From NCBI GenBank assembly GCA_951406725.2, contig OX597827.1, forward strand, positions 73,656,001 to 73,720,000: a stretch of DNA of 64,000 nucleotides. The letters are read 5' to 3'. This document shows positions 13,987 through 26,055 of the stretch, piece after piece. Numbering within the stretch: position 1 is the stretch's first letter; each line of letters opens with the position of its first letter. This DNA comes from Octopus vulgaris. Lineage: Eukaryota. Both the position numbers and the translations under genes were made by a program. The notes below the pieces were generated by a model. That model was not told the origin of the DNA and ran no database searches. It saw only the letters and a program-made list of their open reading frames with translations.

Positions 13987-14226
13987 GTTTTGCAGAGACT
14001 GTTGAAATCAGATAATGTATGACAATCTAAATACCGCGATAGAGGTTTCAATGCTGCTGTCATTTATCTTGACTTCAGTAAAACATTCGATAGAGTAGGC
14101 CATAACATTCTGCTAGAAATTTTATCCCACACCGGTGTCTGGAGAAAGCTATTTACAGTTGATTTAGTATTTACTGAAAAACATAAGACTATATACTCTG
14201 ATTGATGCAATTTACTCTAGACAACA
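13987..14226 (+). pseudogene. Old LINE RT fragment; left arm of an inverted duplication
   Basis: Translates in part as AVIYLDFSKTFDRVGHNILLEILSHTGV (RT LDFSKAFD motif). Its reverse complement recurs, split in two, at 14704..14848 and 19148..19248. Confidence 0.85.
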
Positions 14227-14432
14227 AATATTTAAACGTACATATATATATATATTGGCCTGTTCGCTTAGCCAGCGGGGTGGCGTCATTCGAAGGCTAA
14301 AACAATGCGAACACATTGTGACCAGCGATGTGTAACATCTGATGGACTGGTCGGTCACGTGATATCACGTGACGTGATATATATATATATATAGATAGAT
14401 AGATAGAGAGAGAGAGGGATATATATATATAT

Positions 14433-14514
<82 letters not shown>

Positions 14515-14930
14515 CGGATTGTTTCATGTATGTTCCATTAAATGTTCACTTGAATACATTCAGAAACATAGATTCATTATAATGTTTGCTTTTTTTAAAA
14601 TTCACTGTAGTTGATTTTTATAAATAATAAAACGGTATTTTTATAAATAATAAACAGAAGTGGATCCAACACAATACTCTGAGCAACATCACAAATGCTT
14701 TTTGCTTGTCTAGAGTAAATTGCATCAATCGGGGTATATAGTCTTATGTTTTTCAGTAAATACTAAATCAACTGTAAATAGCTTTCTCCAGACACCGGTG
14801 TGGGATAAAATTTCTAGCAGAATGTTATGGCCTACTCTATCGAATGTTAGTTAGTTAGTTAGTTAATTTGGCTCAAAAAGCAAAAAGCAAGGCCATGTAG
14901 GGGGACATGGAGTTAAGTACAGGGTGGTGT

Positions 14931-16898
14931 TCATGTAAAGAGTTCAGGCCACTTGAGGTCCAGGGAGGCTTTGAACAAAGCGGTCGTCGGCATCTTCACC
15001 ATCTCGTCTGGCAGCTTGTTCCACGGATCCGCAACCCGGACGGAGAAAGCTCCTCTCCTTCGATTGAGATGAAATCGTCGCAGGTAGAGCTTTTCGGAAT
15101 GACCCCGCAGCCGACGCTCTGGAGCAGGAGTGAAGAACAGCTCTTTCGAGAGGTTACACTTTCCGCTTATGATGTTGTGGGCGAGAATGAGATCACCACG
15201 GCGGCGGCGTTTTTCAAGAGAATAAAGGTCGAGCGTCCTCAGCCTTTCTTCGTAGGACAAATTTTTGAGACCATGAACCAGGCGGGTAGCCAGCTTCTGG
15301 ACTCTTTCGAGATGCTGTATGTCTTTGAGGAGATAAGGAGAAGAGGCTTGAATCCCATACTCCAATATGGGTCTCACCAGCGTGACATAGAATGGTAGGA
15401 ATATGGCTGCCGTGAGCATTCCGAATGACCGTCGAATCAAGAACAGAATTCCGCGTGCTTTGTTGGCAGCATGGACGCACTGGGCCGAAGGCGAAAAGGA
15501 GGAATCCACCAAGATACCCAGGTCCTTTACCTGATCGGTCCTCTCCAGCAGCAGACGACCCGGCTCGAAATCAAGTTGAGTTGCAGGAGTAGAGCCGACA
15601 GGCAGATGACAGCACTTTGACACGTTCAGACACAGGTCCCAATCGTTAGACCACTTCCAAATTTGGTGGAGGCATCGACGAAGATCCTCTATATTACCGC
15701 GAGGAGCGACCAGTTTGATATCGTCGGCAAATAGAAGGGTGTGTTGCGTGAGGTCGTCGGGCAAGTCATTTATGAAGACTAACAACAACAAAGGCCCAAG
15801 CACTGAACCTTGAGGCACGCCACTGCTCGCACTGGAGACGTCGGACCGCGAACCATTAACTTGGACTTGGAAGGAGCGATCTGAGAGGAAGGCACCAACC
15901 CATCGTATAATATCCGGATGGAAACTATATGCTTGAAGCTTGACAAGTAATAGGCGGTGGTTTACCGAGTCAAAAGCTTTGGCAAAGTCCAATAAAACGA
16001 TGTCAACAGAATCACTATCATCGAGGATGCGCGTCACCAATTCTTCCATTACTAGTAAGTTGGTCAAGCATGATCTCTTCGGCACGAAGCCGTGTTGGGA
16101 ATCAGAGATAGAGGCTGTGTTTAGTAGGTGGAGCATCATACTTTTCTTAAGGATGGTTTCGAACATCTTGCTGATTATTGATGTAAGGGAAACCGGTCGG
16201 TAGTTAAGCGGGTCTTCGCGGCTCCCTTTCTTGAAAATTGGGCAGATTATCGCTGTTCTCCAGTCTGCATGTATAACACCCGTCGCCAATGACATATTAA
16301 ATAGTCGTGTTAAGGGCTCGCAGATGACCGGAGCCAACGCTTTGATAACCCGTGGGTGTATGCCGTCAGAGCCGTGACCCTTGTTGACATCGAGGCCGTG
16401 AATAACACGTTTGACTTCGTCCCGCGTGATGATCAATCGAAGCATTGGAGGTACCGATCTATCAAATGGAGGGGGTTCACGACCATCATCTTGTTTGAAA
16501 ATAGTTGAAAAAGCCTCGGCAAATAATTGACTCTGTTGATAAGGGTCCTCAATCGATACACCTGTTGAATCTACCAACGTTGCAATCTGGTTGTTCAAGC
16601 GGGAATTCCGCTGGACATGGGCAAAGAAGGTTTTTGGATTGCTACTGGCATTTGCCGCGATTTTGTATTCATAACCGAAGCGTTCTTTCTTTTCAATTTT
16701 CACGGCTCGGTCTCGTTGAGTTTTGTACACCTCAAAAGCTGCAGTCGAATCTAGATTTTTGAATTCAGCCCAAGCAATATCTCTGAGTCGACGTTCTCGT
16801 TTAACCTTCTTCGTCACCCAGGGCTTGTGTTTCTTCTTCTTGGGAAGCCCAACGGGAACTGCCTGGTCAGTCAAACAGATTACATATGCTTTGACCAT
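14931..16898 (-). CDS. LINE ORF2 reverse transcriptase part (655 aa)
   Basis: Motifs NYRPVSLTS, QHGFVPKRSC, LDFAKAFDSVNH, GVPQGSVLGP, FADDIKL and SYEERLRTLDLYSLEKRR. Confidence 0.95.
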   Translation of the reverse strand: MVKAYVICLTDQAVPVGLPKKKKHKPWVTKKVKRERRLRDIAWAEFKNLDSTAAFEVYKTQRDRAVKIEKKERFGYEYKIAANASSNPKTFFAHVQRNSRLNNQIATLVDSTGVSIEDPYQQSQLFAEAFSTIFKQDDGREPPPFDRSVPPMLRLIITRDEVKRVIHGLDVNKGHGSDGIHPRVIKALAPVICEPLTRLFNMSLATGVIHADWRTAIICPIFKKGSREDPLNYRPVSLTSIISKMFETILKKSMMLHLLNTASISDSQHGFVPKRSCLTNLLVMEELVTRILDDSDSVDIVLLDFAKAFDSVNHRLLLVKLQAYSFHPDIIRWVGAFLSDRSFQVQVNGSRSDVSSASSGVPQGSVLGPLLLLVFINDLPDDLTQHTLLFADDIKLVAPRGNIEDLRRCLHQIWKWSNDWDLCLNVSKCCHLPVGSTPATQLDFEPGRLLLERTDQVKDLGILVDSSFSPSAQCVHAANKARGILFLIRRSFGMLTAAIFLPFYVTLVRPILEYGIQASSPYLLKDIQHLERVQKLATRLVHGLKNLSYEERLRTLDLYSLEKRRRRGDLILAHNIISGKCNLSKELFFTPAPERRLRGHSEKLYLRRFHLNRRRGAFSVRVADPWNKLPDEMVKMPTTALFKASLDLKWPELFT

Positions 16899-17812
16899 AG
16901 TTCGTCAACAGAGGACAACGTCATCAGGGATCGCCAGTCCAGAAGCGCGGAAGCCTCGGTTAGAATTTCAAGATTAATTGCAGAGAAGACTCTACGTGGC
17001 AGCGAAGTAGTCGTGGGCGTAGAAAAAGTTGTGTGCATGACGAACTTCAGGACCGCATGATCACTCTTGGCAAGAGGGGCGCACACAGATACGTCTGACA
17101 CTGATCTTGGATAGCGGGAGAATACCAGATCTAGCATAGATGGCTGCTGCCCAGACCGATGCCTTGTCGGATATTCAACATGTTGCGATAGAAAACAATC
17201 TTCAGCCACGTCAAGAAGGGCCTGGCCGAAACGGGAAGATGTTGTACAAATTGATGCGGGCCAATCGATCGTGGGAGCGTTGAAGTCTCCTAGTACCAAA
17301 CAGTCATGCGAAGCTGAAACGAATCTTATCGCTTCGAGTAAATGAGCATCGTCCTGGGGGCCGGCAAGAGGCGGCCTGTAGACAGCCAACACGGGCAGGC
17401 AAAATTCAGATAGGCTCAGCTTGCAATAGACGGCATCGAATTTTGTTGTAGGTTGAGCATTAGTGGGTAGAATACCGCTGGACGGTTTGTGCTCAGACTT
17501 AACATACACAGCAACACCTCCACCTCGCCTTTTTCCTCTGTCACATCTGAAAAGGACGTAGCCCTGCAGGTGGATTTCTGAGTCCTTTGCAGCTGGAGTC
17601 AGCCAAGTCTCAGTGATAGCTATCACATCAGGGGAGTCACGTATGACCAGTGTAAATAGTTCACTGAACTTTGGGAATAAGGAGCACGAGTTGGTGTAGA
17701 CGATGCTGAGCTGTGAAGTCTGAGGGGCGGGAGTTGGGGAACAAGCAGAATAAGGGGTATCAGAGATAGCATCGTTGACAGGGGTATCAACTTCACTTCG
17801 ATCTGCCCTCAC
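16880..17812 (-). CDS. LINE ORF2 apurinic-like (APE) endonuclease part, frameshifted from the RT near 16890
   Basis: Motifs VYTNSCSL, DVIAITETWL, RGGGVAVYVK, VYRPP, GDFNAP, LDLVFS and SDH. Confidence 0.93.
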   Translation of the reverse strand: MRADRSEVDTPVNDAISDTPYSACSPTPAPQTSQLSIVYTNSCSLFPKFSELFTLVIRDSPDVIAITETWLTPAAKDSEIHLQGYVLFRCDRGKRRGGGVAVYVKSEHKPSSGILPTNAQPTTKFDAVYCKLSLSEFCLPVLAVYRPPLAGPQDDAHLLEAIRFVSASHDCLVLGDFNAPTIDWPASICTTSSRFGQALLDVAEDCFLSQHVEYPTRHRSGQQPSMLDLVFSRYPRSVSDVSVCAPLAKSDHAVLKFVMHTTFSTPTTTSLPRRVFSAINLEILTEASALLDWRSLMTLSSVDELWSKHM

Positions 17813-19147
17813 ATCACTTTCCCTGTCAGCACTACAGCATGGGACCAGAGGTAGGACTTGATTATCTGTCCATCTTGGATTCGTAAACCCTTCTCTCCCA
17901 TTTGTTTCCTCGTCTTTAGTTCGGATATTAGGTTCCTCCGGCGAATTCTCTCTCTTAGTGAGTATTCCTCGCGAAAACCCATATTGGGGTCCTCCCAGGC
18001 ATGCGTCTGAGCTCTGTTCAGAAAGACTGAAGCCTCCCGATCGGAGGAGAAGATTACCCTTATTGGGCGTGGTCTAGTATCCGAGGTTGGGTTCGCTTGG
18101 AATCTTCCTAGCCGAGCGACCTTATGGACACTGACATTTTCGTTCACAGAGAACAATTTTCCAACTAAAATGGAAACAAAATTAATGTCATCTTTTAGGC
18201 GGTTTATGCCTGTATCACAGGTGGATTCAGCTTAACCATAAATTATTGCTGATCTTGAGTGGGCAAAATGTTCTCTACTATGAGCTGCGGTATTCGATTC
18301 TTCATTGGAAGATTTCGAAAGGGTGGTTTCATAGCCATCGGACATATGTCGGCCTGTGGGGTCGATCGGAATGGGTTTAGTGGTCATAATTTTCCCGCCT
18401 GGTTTGGAACTGCACTGCCTCTTCTTCGGTTTGGGGGAGCACCACTCCCCAGATGAACTCACATCGAGATCGTTCAGAATTGGTTGAGCAATGGCATTAA
18501 TGGGAAGGACAAGTGAGGGAGAATCCAAACAGATTTTATCGTGATCAGGTTTCATAGCTAAATCTGCCCCACTGGAGTTTTGACTACGTTTCTTCTTTTG
18601 GGGAGAACAACGGTCCTCAGGTGGGTTTGAGTCTACGCTCCTCAAATTAGGTTGGGGAACCTCCGGGACCGAAAAGGCAGATGAGGAAGAATCCGCACAG
18701 GAACGATCTTGTGCAGAAACGACCGCCGGTTCCTTCGCCTTCTTTGGCCGCTTCGACTTTGTTCCCTTCGGTTTGGACGTCTCCAGGGAAGAAATCAAGG
18801 GTGACTCTGCGTCAACAGGAGACTGTTTATCGTGGTCAGGTTTCATAGCTAAATCTGCCCCATTGGAGTTTTGACGACGTTTCTTCTTTTGGGGAGAACA
18901 ACGGTCTTCAGGTGGGTTTGAGTCTACGCTCCTCAAATTAGGTTGGGGAACCTCCGGGACCGAAAAGGCAGATGAGGAAGAATCCGCACAGGAACGATCA
19001 TGTGCAGAAACGACCGCTGGTTCCTTCGCCTTCTTTGGCCGCTTCGATTTTGTTGTCTCCAAGGAAGAAATCAAGGGTGACTCTGCGTCAGCAGGAGACT
19101 GTTTATTCAGTAAGAGAGCAACAACAGACTTTAGGTGCTCGACCTCT
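17809..19147 (-). pseudogene. LINE ORF1 (RRM-like C-terminal half) with a single in-frame stop at 18232..18234
   Basis: ORFs 18232..19221 and 17809..18156 are in the same frame. They read IIYG*AES...RLGR...RPRPIRVIF...ERIRRRNLISELKTRK, typical of CR1-type ORF1. Confidence 0.85.
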
Positions 19148-19410
19148 GAATGTTTTACTGAAGTCAAGATAAAGGACAGCAGCATTGAAACCTCTATCGC
19201 GGTATTTAGATTGTCATACATTATCTGATTTCAACAGTCTCTGCAAAAATGAAGGCTATGCTGGCTTTCGTGTATTTATGGTCACAGGCGTGGATGTCAT
19301 ATATTCATATACTCATATATGTATGTATTCACGTAGATACTCCGAAATTTTGTGAGTAGATCTAGTGTATACAGATATTGGCTAAACTGGCAAAATGACC
19401 ATTCCTAAAT

Positions 19411-19474
<64 letters not shown>

Positions 19475-19539
19475 GAATATAAGAATATAATCCCATTAAT
19501 GATTTTTATCAGATTTTTATATCAGCATGCTATAAAAAA

Positions 19540-20390
19540 TTTACTAAGTTGAACAGTATATTTATTTTAGTATGCTTTAGGTAGCAGGAGGAGAATAGAA
19601 GATATTATTTTGAGTCCGTTTGTTTGAAGAAGATGTTGATCTCAATTTCAGTATCTGTTCTTATGATCAAGATGTCCAGGAGGTGTAATTGTTTGTGGCT
19701 GTATCCCATTGTAAATTGGATATTGTGGTTAATGCTGTGATTCAGTTGTTAAATTCTAAGAGTTGCTAAAAGTTATATGACCACAGAAGGAAACAATCAC
19801 CCAGGTCGTATTTTCAGTTGGTTAGTAAGTATTTTTGGAAGTTGTCTCCAAATTTCAGCCTAGCGTGCTCCTATATTTCGACTTCCAAATATGCCATGAC
19901 AAAGTTAGCAAAAGTAGGGTTTACTATCGTTTTCATCGCCGAGCCCATGTTGTGTCTATGGATCTTCTCGTTGAAGTTGAAGAAGTTGTTCTGTGGGATG
20001 AATTTTATTCCTTCAATGATGAATTCTTTTCCGATTCAGTCAGGAAGGTATTCTAGGAATTTTTCCAGCCAGAACTTTTTGGCTTGTATTTCGCTTTCGT
20101 AAGGGATCTAAGTGTAGAAGTTTATTACATCGAATGAAACCAGAAGGGAGTCTTTGCTGGTTTTGTTCGGGAGATGGTTTAAAAGGTCCAGATCATCCCT
20201 TATAAAACTCGGTATATGTTGGAGGATAAGTTTTAGGAGGACGTCAATAGGGTCTATGTCTGTGGTTGCATTTGGGATCTCTCGGATGTAGAATTTTCCT
20301 GAATAAAGTTGTTTATTTATTACAGGCTTCCTTTATGGCTTCCCTTTTGTAGATTTTTGGAAGCCCTTAAAAGTTGCTGGATTTGCAACT
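19540..20390 (-). mobile_element. Degenerate Penelope-like RT fragment
   Basis: The minus-strand translation includes PSFIRDDLDLLNHLPNKTSKDSLLVSFDVINFYT, LGDCFLLW and LHLLDILIIR, homologous to the 4110 copy. Confidence 0.75.
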
Positions 20391-20724
20391 TTCATTCCTC
20401 ATCGATTATTTCTAATGCTACTGAATTTTGTGCATTTAAACAAGATGAGCCATATTTGTTATGCTATTGAATGTTGGGAACATTTAAATCAATTGAGATT
20501 ATTGAATTTTGTAAGAATTAAATCATTTAAACACGTTTTTCTACTTTACAATTTTAATTTTTTACCATTGATGAACAAAAAATTGTTGAAACTAGATTAG
20601 TGTTTATGTAAATAAATTTATTTAAAAACAATTACAAGTTTTTCAAATTCAGGTGCATTTTCAACATCAAATTCTCATACATACATACATACATATATAC
20701 ATACACACACACACACACATACAT

Positions 20725-20763
<39 letters not shown>

Positions 20764-20795
20764 CATACACACACACGCACACATATATATATATA

Positions 20796-21640
20796 CGTGG
20801 TATGATCAATGAGTATACGGACTCTTGTCATAGTGACGAAGCTAAAGCACGCAGAGTGAAGCCGCTACGCATGCGCTCTAAGATTTAATATTCTCGCTCA
20901 CTTCCCTTCTTTGCAGCAGTGCTTGGAAGGATGGTATATAACGTGTTATCATCGCATTGACCATCACAGAGAAAACTGAGCAGAGAATCTGGGCTAAAGT
21001 TTGCGAAAAGCTTAGCGATACCTGCTAAGAGGGTTACGCAAAGTTTTCAAAATATTTTCATCGTTCTCTACACAAGCAAGGAAATCTTGTGCAACTGAAA
21101 CCTGTGTATCTTCTTGGTCATCTGAAAGCAGTTTTAGCACAAACTTGGCACACAGGCGTCTCATACCCAAAGCGCTAGTGATAATGGACTGAACTGAACC
21201 GGAACTAATCTGCACATCCTCTGATAATTCACAGATATTTATTCGACGATTTCCCCTCAGAGCTACACGCACATTTGCGATGTTTTTCTCTGGTTGTCAG
21301 TTTCCTAGAATGTTCGTCAACATCGGCCCTCTTGGAAACGTCCGAAACACTTATACATATGCGTGGGGCTCGTACACTCTTCTCCATATACTTTCTGCAA
21401 TTATGTGTAGGCTTCTGAGCAGGTGTCACCATGACAACTTTCTCTGTCATGGTCAATGCGACGATCACACGCTACACACCTTCCTATCAAGTATCGCAGA
21501 AAACAGCGGAAGTAAGCTAGAAAGTTAAAATTACTGCGCATGCACAGCAGAGTTCACGGTTAAATTTTGCCAAGCGATTTTACTCTGTGTGCATTAGCTT
21601 CGTTACTATGGCAAGAGTCCGGATACTTATTGATCACCTC
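20796..21640. mobile_element. Mariner-derived element bounded by two inverted 5' ends, with a transposase N-terminal fragment on the minus strand
   Basis: tgatcaatgagtatacggactcttgtcatagtgacgaagctaa at 20803 is an inverted match to ttagcttcgttactatggcaagagtccggatacttattgatca at about 21594..21635. ORF 21012..21272(-) NRRINICELSEDVQISSGSVQSIITSALGMRRLCAKFVLKLL is mariner HTH-WVP-like. Confidence 0.75.
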
Positions 21641-22490
21641 ATGAAGTGGTATCAACCAGTACAGTAGTGCGCCAAGAGATGGCAGCACATGGTTGCGTGT
21701 GCAATGAGAGCTAGCAGTGGCCTTGATGAGGCAATATTCTGAGTGACATTGCTGTGTTTACTCCGCGAGTTGTGCATCTTCTAGTTTGTGATCCCGTGTA
21801 TGCTGTAGTTTGCGATTTTGTCATGGACAAGTAGAAGGATCCAACATGAAATTTTGCGTTAAACTTGGGACGTCTGCTACACAGACATCCAACATGCTTA
21901 CGACCATGAAGCAATGGATCTTACGCAATGTTTCGAGTGGAACGAGCGATTCAAAAGCAGACCAACGTTCCTCGAAGATGATAAACCAAATGGAAGACCT
22001 ACGACGACAGAAACCCCGGAGAATATAGTATTGTGCATCGAGAATTTGTGCTGCAGGGCCTGAGAATCGATCGGGAATTTTAATCCGATGTTTTGAAGCG
22101 TTGGGGAAGGTCATTCAGGGAAAGCCATCGGGTCTGTGGAGCCCAAAGAATTGGATTCTTCGAGAAGAAAATGCAACCTGTAACCGAGCTCTCCTCACTC
22201 GTGAATTTCTCACCAAAAGCAACATGGTGTTGCTTTTCACCATTCCTATTCGCCGGGTTTAGCAACTGAGGACTGGCATTTCTTCCCCGTCACCGTTTAA
22301 CCACACTTGTCGAGATCCAGACCGAATCATAGAAGGTCCCCGACTCACTTACGGGAAACGACTTCCAGACAGGATTCCAAAACTGGAAACTGTGTATTGC
22401 TGTGCAAGGTGACTATTTCCAAGGAAATAATGTTAAATCTTAGTTAAATAGTTAAATAAGTATGTTTTGTATTAAACATAACACCCATGT
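21640..22490 (+). mobile_element. Degenerate mariner fragment
   Basis: MKFCVKLGTSATQTSNML (mariner IKFCVKLGKSATET-like), later YSPGLA-like, ending in CIAVQGDYFQG. Confidence 0.65.
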
Positions 22491-23434
22491 GGTGGTGTTA
22501 AACTGAACGACAGGTTCAGGACGTTCCGATGGGCTTCCATACTGTTTACATCAACTAAATCATAAAACTGTAGATGATCGATTTTTAAAAACGCTTACAA
22601 AGAATTTCACGTTGATGGATTAAAAACAGGACTAAAAAAATTGCCAAACGAGCATCTTAGCTTCCCTTATATTGAGTTATAAAGCAATAAACAAACGAAA
22701 ACCCACCACATATATTAGCTAAATAGAGGACTTGGCCTCCTGGCTACCGTTTGCGATCCAGCTTCTAACTTTCCTTCATATCTAGTGGGAGTTGTTGGTA
22801 TCCACTTATACACGCTCGTGACACCACTTTAATGTTGTTCTACTCGTGTTACCCCAAAGCACATCAGCATGTACACTTACTCAACTTCCATATATCTGTC
22901 CGAGCAATGACACAGTTCATCTCGAGTTGAGTCCAGGATATGACGTTGAAGACTCAAAACGAAAGAGGAATATCAATATCTGTTGTTTTTGTTCACTTCT
23001 TTATTACAGCTGCAAAACAAAATCACAAAACCGGAATAAAATGTTGTTGGTACATTTATGATTTGACATCAAATCATATGTTATATGCAACATCACAATC
23101 TTATTCCAGTCCTGGCCACAACAGTTTGACGGGCGGAAAGTGAATCTTTGAGTAACTGTTTTGCGATGATTTTGTAGCTTTAATAAAAAGTACTTTACTC
23201 TACCTTCGGTATTCGTGTATTGTTCTTTTTCACCTTGTTTTGTGTTTGTGCTTACTCGTCTGTGTGTGTGTGTCTTTTAAATTTTTTACGAGACACCTTT
23301 TGAATATGCACATAAAGCTCCTATTCCATTATGCCGGCCACAGCCGAACGATACTGACTGGTGAACCAGTCTCTTGAGGTAGCATCGAGCTGCACAGATA
23401 TAACGCAAGATAAATATAATAGTAATGACAACAC

Positions 23435-23880
23435 TAACCTTTGGATGGAATTTATAAACATTTAATGCTTCATTACGCGCATTTCTACCGTTCATATGTC
23501 TCTTAAGATCACCGACCGTATTCCGGGGATTATTACATTGTAGCCCGTAGTACCCGTGGACATCACGTTGATCATCTTCGTGGATTAAATCTCTTGAGTC
23601 GATATAACATTCATGGATGTACAACAGAGGGACGCTCATCCTATTTGACTCACTCTAGTTTCATACTCGTCGAAAGGTTTAAGCGCCCCTCTGTTGTACA
23701 TCCATTCATGTTCTATCGCCTGAGGAAATGAATCCATGAAGATGATCAAACTGATGACCACGGAGGATACTACGGTCTATACTGTAATCATACCCGGAAT
23801 ACGGACTCCGATCTCAAGGGAGTGAATTGTAGAAAGCGCGTAGCGATGCATTAAATGTTTGTAAATTCCATCAAAGTTAT
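23435..23880. repeat. Imperfect ~450-bp palindrome
   Basis: Outer arms tggaatttataaacatttaatgc / gcattaaatgtttgtaaattcca; inner arms atggatgtacaacagagggg / cccctctgttgtacatccat. Confidence 0.85.
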
Positions 23881-23932
23881 ATATATATACATGCATATAT
23901 GTACGTACTTACATACATACATACATACATAG

Positions 23933-23997
<65 letters not shown>

Positions 23998-24003
<6 letters not shown>

Positions 24004-24388
24004 AAAAATGGTTTGAAAATGCAATTTAAACGATGTTTATTTACCAATTCCCAATAATATATTTGTTTTATCCTTTTCTGCCAAATTTTCCCAAATATTC
24101 TCATCACACTATTGAACTTCTCTGTTACCAAACACTATATTTATACATGTAATGTGACAATTATGTATAAAAAACATTTTTGAATTCATAATATCCAATG
24201 TGACAATTATGTAAAAAACTTTTTGAATGCATAATATTCAATGTGACAATTATGTAAAAAACTTTTTTGAACCCATATTATTCAATGTTTCCTTAAATGT
24301 TACTTTTGACAATCTTTTACCAAAGAGTGAAACCGGTTAAGTAAATAAACATCGTTTAAATTGCATTTTCAAACCTTTTTTCTTATAT
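23998..24388. mobile_element. MITE-like element with ~45-bp terminal inverted repeats and three internal ~45-bp tandem repeats
   Basis: tataagaaaaatggtttgaaaatgcaatttaaacgatgtttatttac is inverted relative to gtaaataaacatcgtttaaattgcattttcaaaccttttttcttata. The interior has aatgtgacaattatgta three times. Confidence 0.7.
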
Positions 24389-24419
24389 AATCCCACTCGT
24401 GCGATACCCCACAACTCAA

Positions 24420-24491
<72 letters not shown>

Positions 24492-24504
24492 CATATATAT
24501 ATAC

Positions 24505-24545
<41 letters not shown>

Positions 24546-25111
24546 TGTATGGGTACGCGACGTCATAAAATGTAAATATCAGGAAATACGAAGACATGGA
24601 ATACGAACTTTTATGCGAACAAATGAAGATGCAAATGGAAAACAAGACAAATAACATAAAGAACGACCCTTCATCAGCTGTCAGCAGTTTTATCTACTCC
24701 ATATTTCGAGCAATTACGTCAAGATGTATCTTCGAGAAACAGTTGCTCCCGCAAAGCAAAGTAAAATTGGGGATTTGCGGAAGATCAAAGCCGGTAACAA
24801 AATCCGGACTGTGAAAACAAACAGTAATGCCTGCTAAGCCATAACGAAGGGATGTGGTGAACGCTAGAGGAACAAGTTTTGACAGGAGAAAAGTTAGGTG
24901 AGGAGACAGACAAGAATGCGTGTGATCTGTGTGGTAGATCAAAAGGAAAGAAAGTTAGGTAAAGAAAAATAGCCTATGGTCATGTGTGAGCATTGAGAGA
25001 GTAAAGGAATAGGAAGGTTAGGAGAGAGAGAAGGACAGATAGAGAATGATACAGAGAGTAGCATCAAAATTATTAAGATAAACTTACTTGGAAATTGTTG
25101 CGTGGCTTTCA

Positions 25112-25215
<104 letters not shown>

Positions 25216-26055
25216 CACACATACATCATATATATATATATATATATATATCAAATGGATGTGTTATAAAACTATTCCGCACATACAATAACAGCCATAC
25301 CAACAATCCAACATACTGTCATCATCAGCTGCCCCACGGATATCATTATGGTTTTGACACCAGGGCAGTACCATTCAATCCAGCGGTGTCAACAGCACTA
25401 AAATAAGTGTTGTTTAGGAACAAACATACCCTAGATGTCACCACATTCATTCAATCTAAATTCTAGGAAGGATTAAACACTAACATTATTAATTAAACTA
25501 CAACAAAGAAACACATTTATCCTATGTACACAAACAGTATCGGTAAATAAATTCTATATGTAAACCTATAACGAACTCCTAAAATATCTAATTAAATAGC
25601 GACCTAAGCTTTGAAGTCCATACAGATGATACTCCCACCAGTGTTCCACGCACTGGGGTCGATGTAATCGACTTAATCCCTTTGTCTGTCCTTGTTTGTC
25701 CCCTCTGTGTTTAGACCCTTGTGGGTAGTAAAGAAATAAATATAAAAGTGCAATTCTCTTCGCTCCAAAACAAAACAAAACAAACTCGATTATACGTGTG
25801 TGTGTCTGTCAGTATATCTGCACACGCACATACATATATGTGTATTTATGTATTATATAAATGAATGTATTTTGTGTTGATGAGAAGAAAAAGGTGCAGC
25901 TGTATTGTAAGAAGTGTTCTTCCCAACCATATGATTCCAGGCTCAGTCCCATCGCGTGGCACATTGAGCAAGTGTCTTCTGGGATAGCCTCGGGCCAACC
26001 AATACCTTGTGAGTAGTTGTGGTCGGAAATTGATAGAATTCTTATTGCGTCTATA

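Larger units (their letters stand above)
14849..19147 (-). mobile_element. Young near-full-length CR1-group LINE with (TAAC)n tail and 7-bp TSD
   Basis: TSD gaatgtt at 14842..14848 and 19148..19154; tail (agtt)n at 14849..14864. ORF1, APE and RT are in order, with only one stop in ORF1 and one frameshift in ORF2. Confidence 0.95.

Noticed and set aside
14907-15398. 163-aa plus-strand ORF, and other ORFs antisense to LINE ORF2s
   Set aside because: These are shadow ORFs opposite GC-balanced retrotransposon coding sequence.
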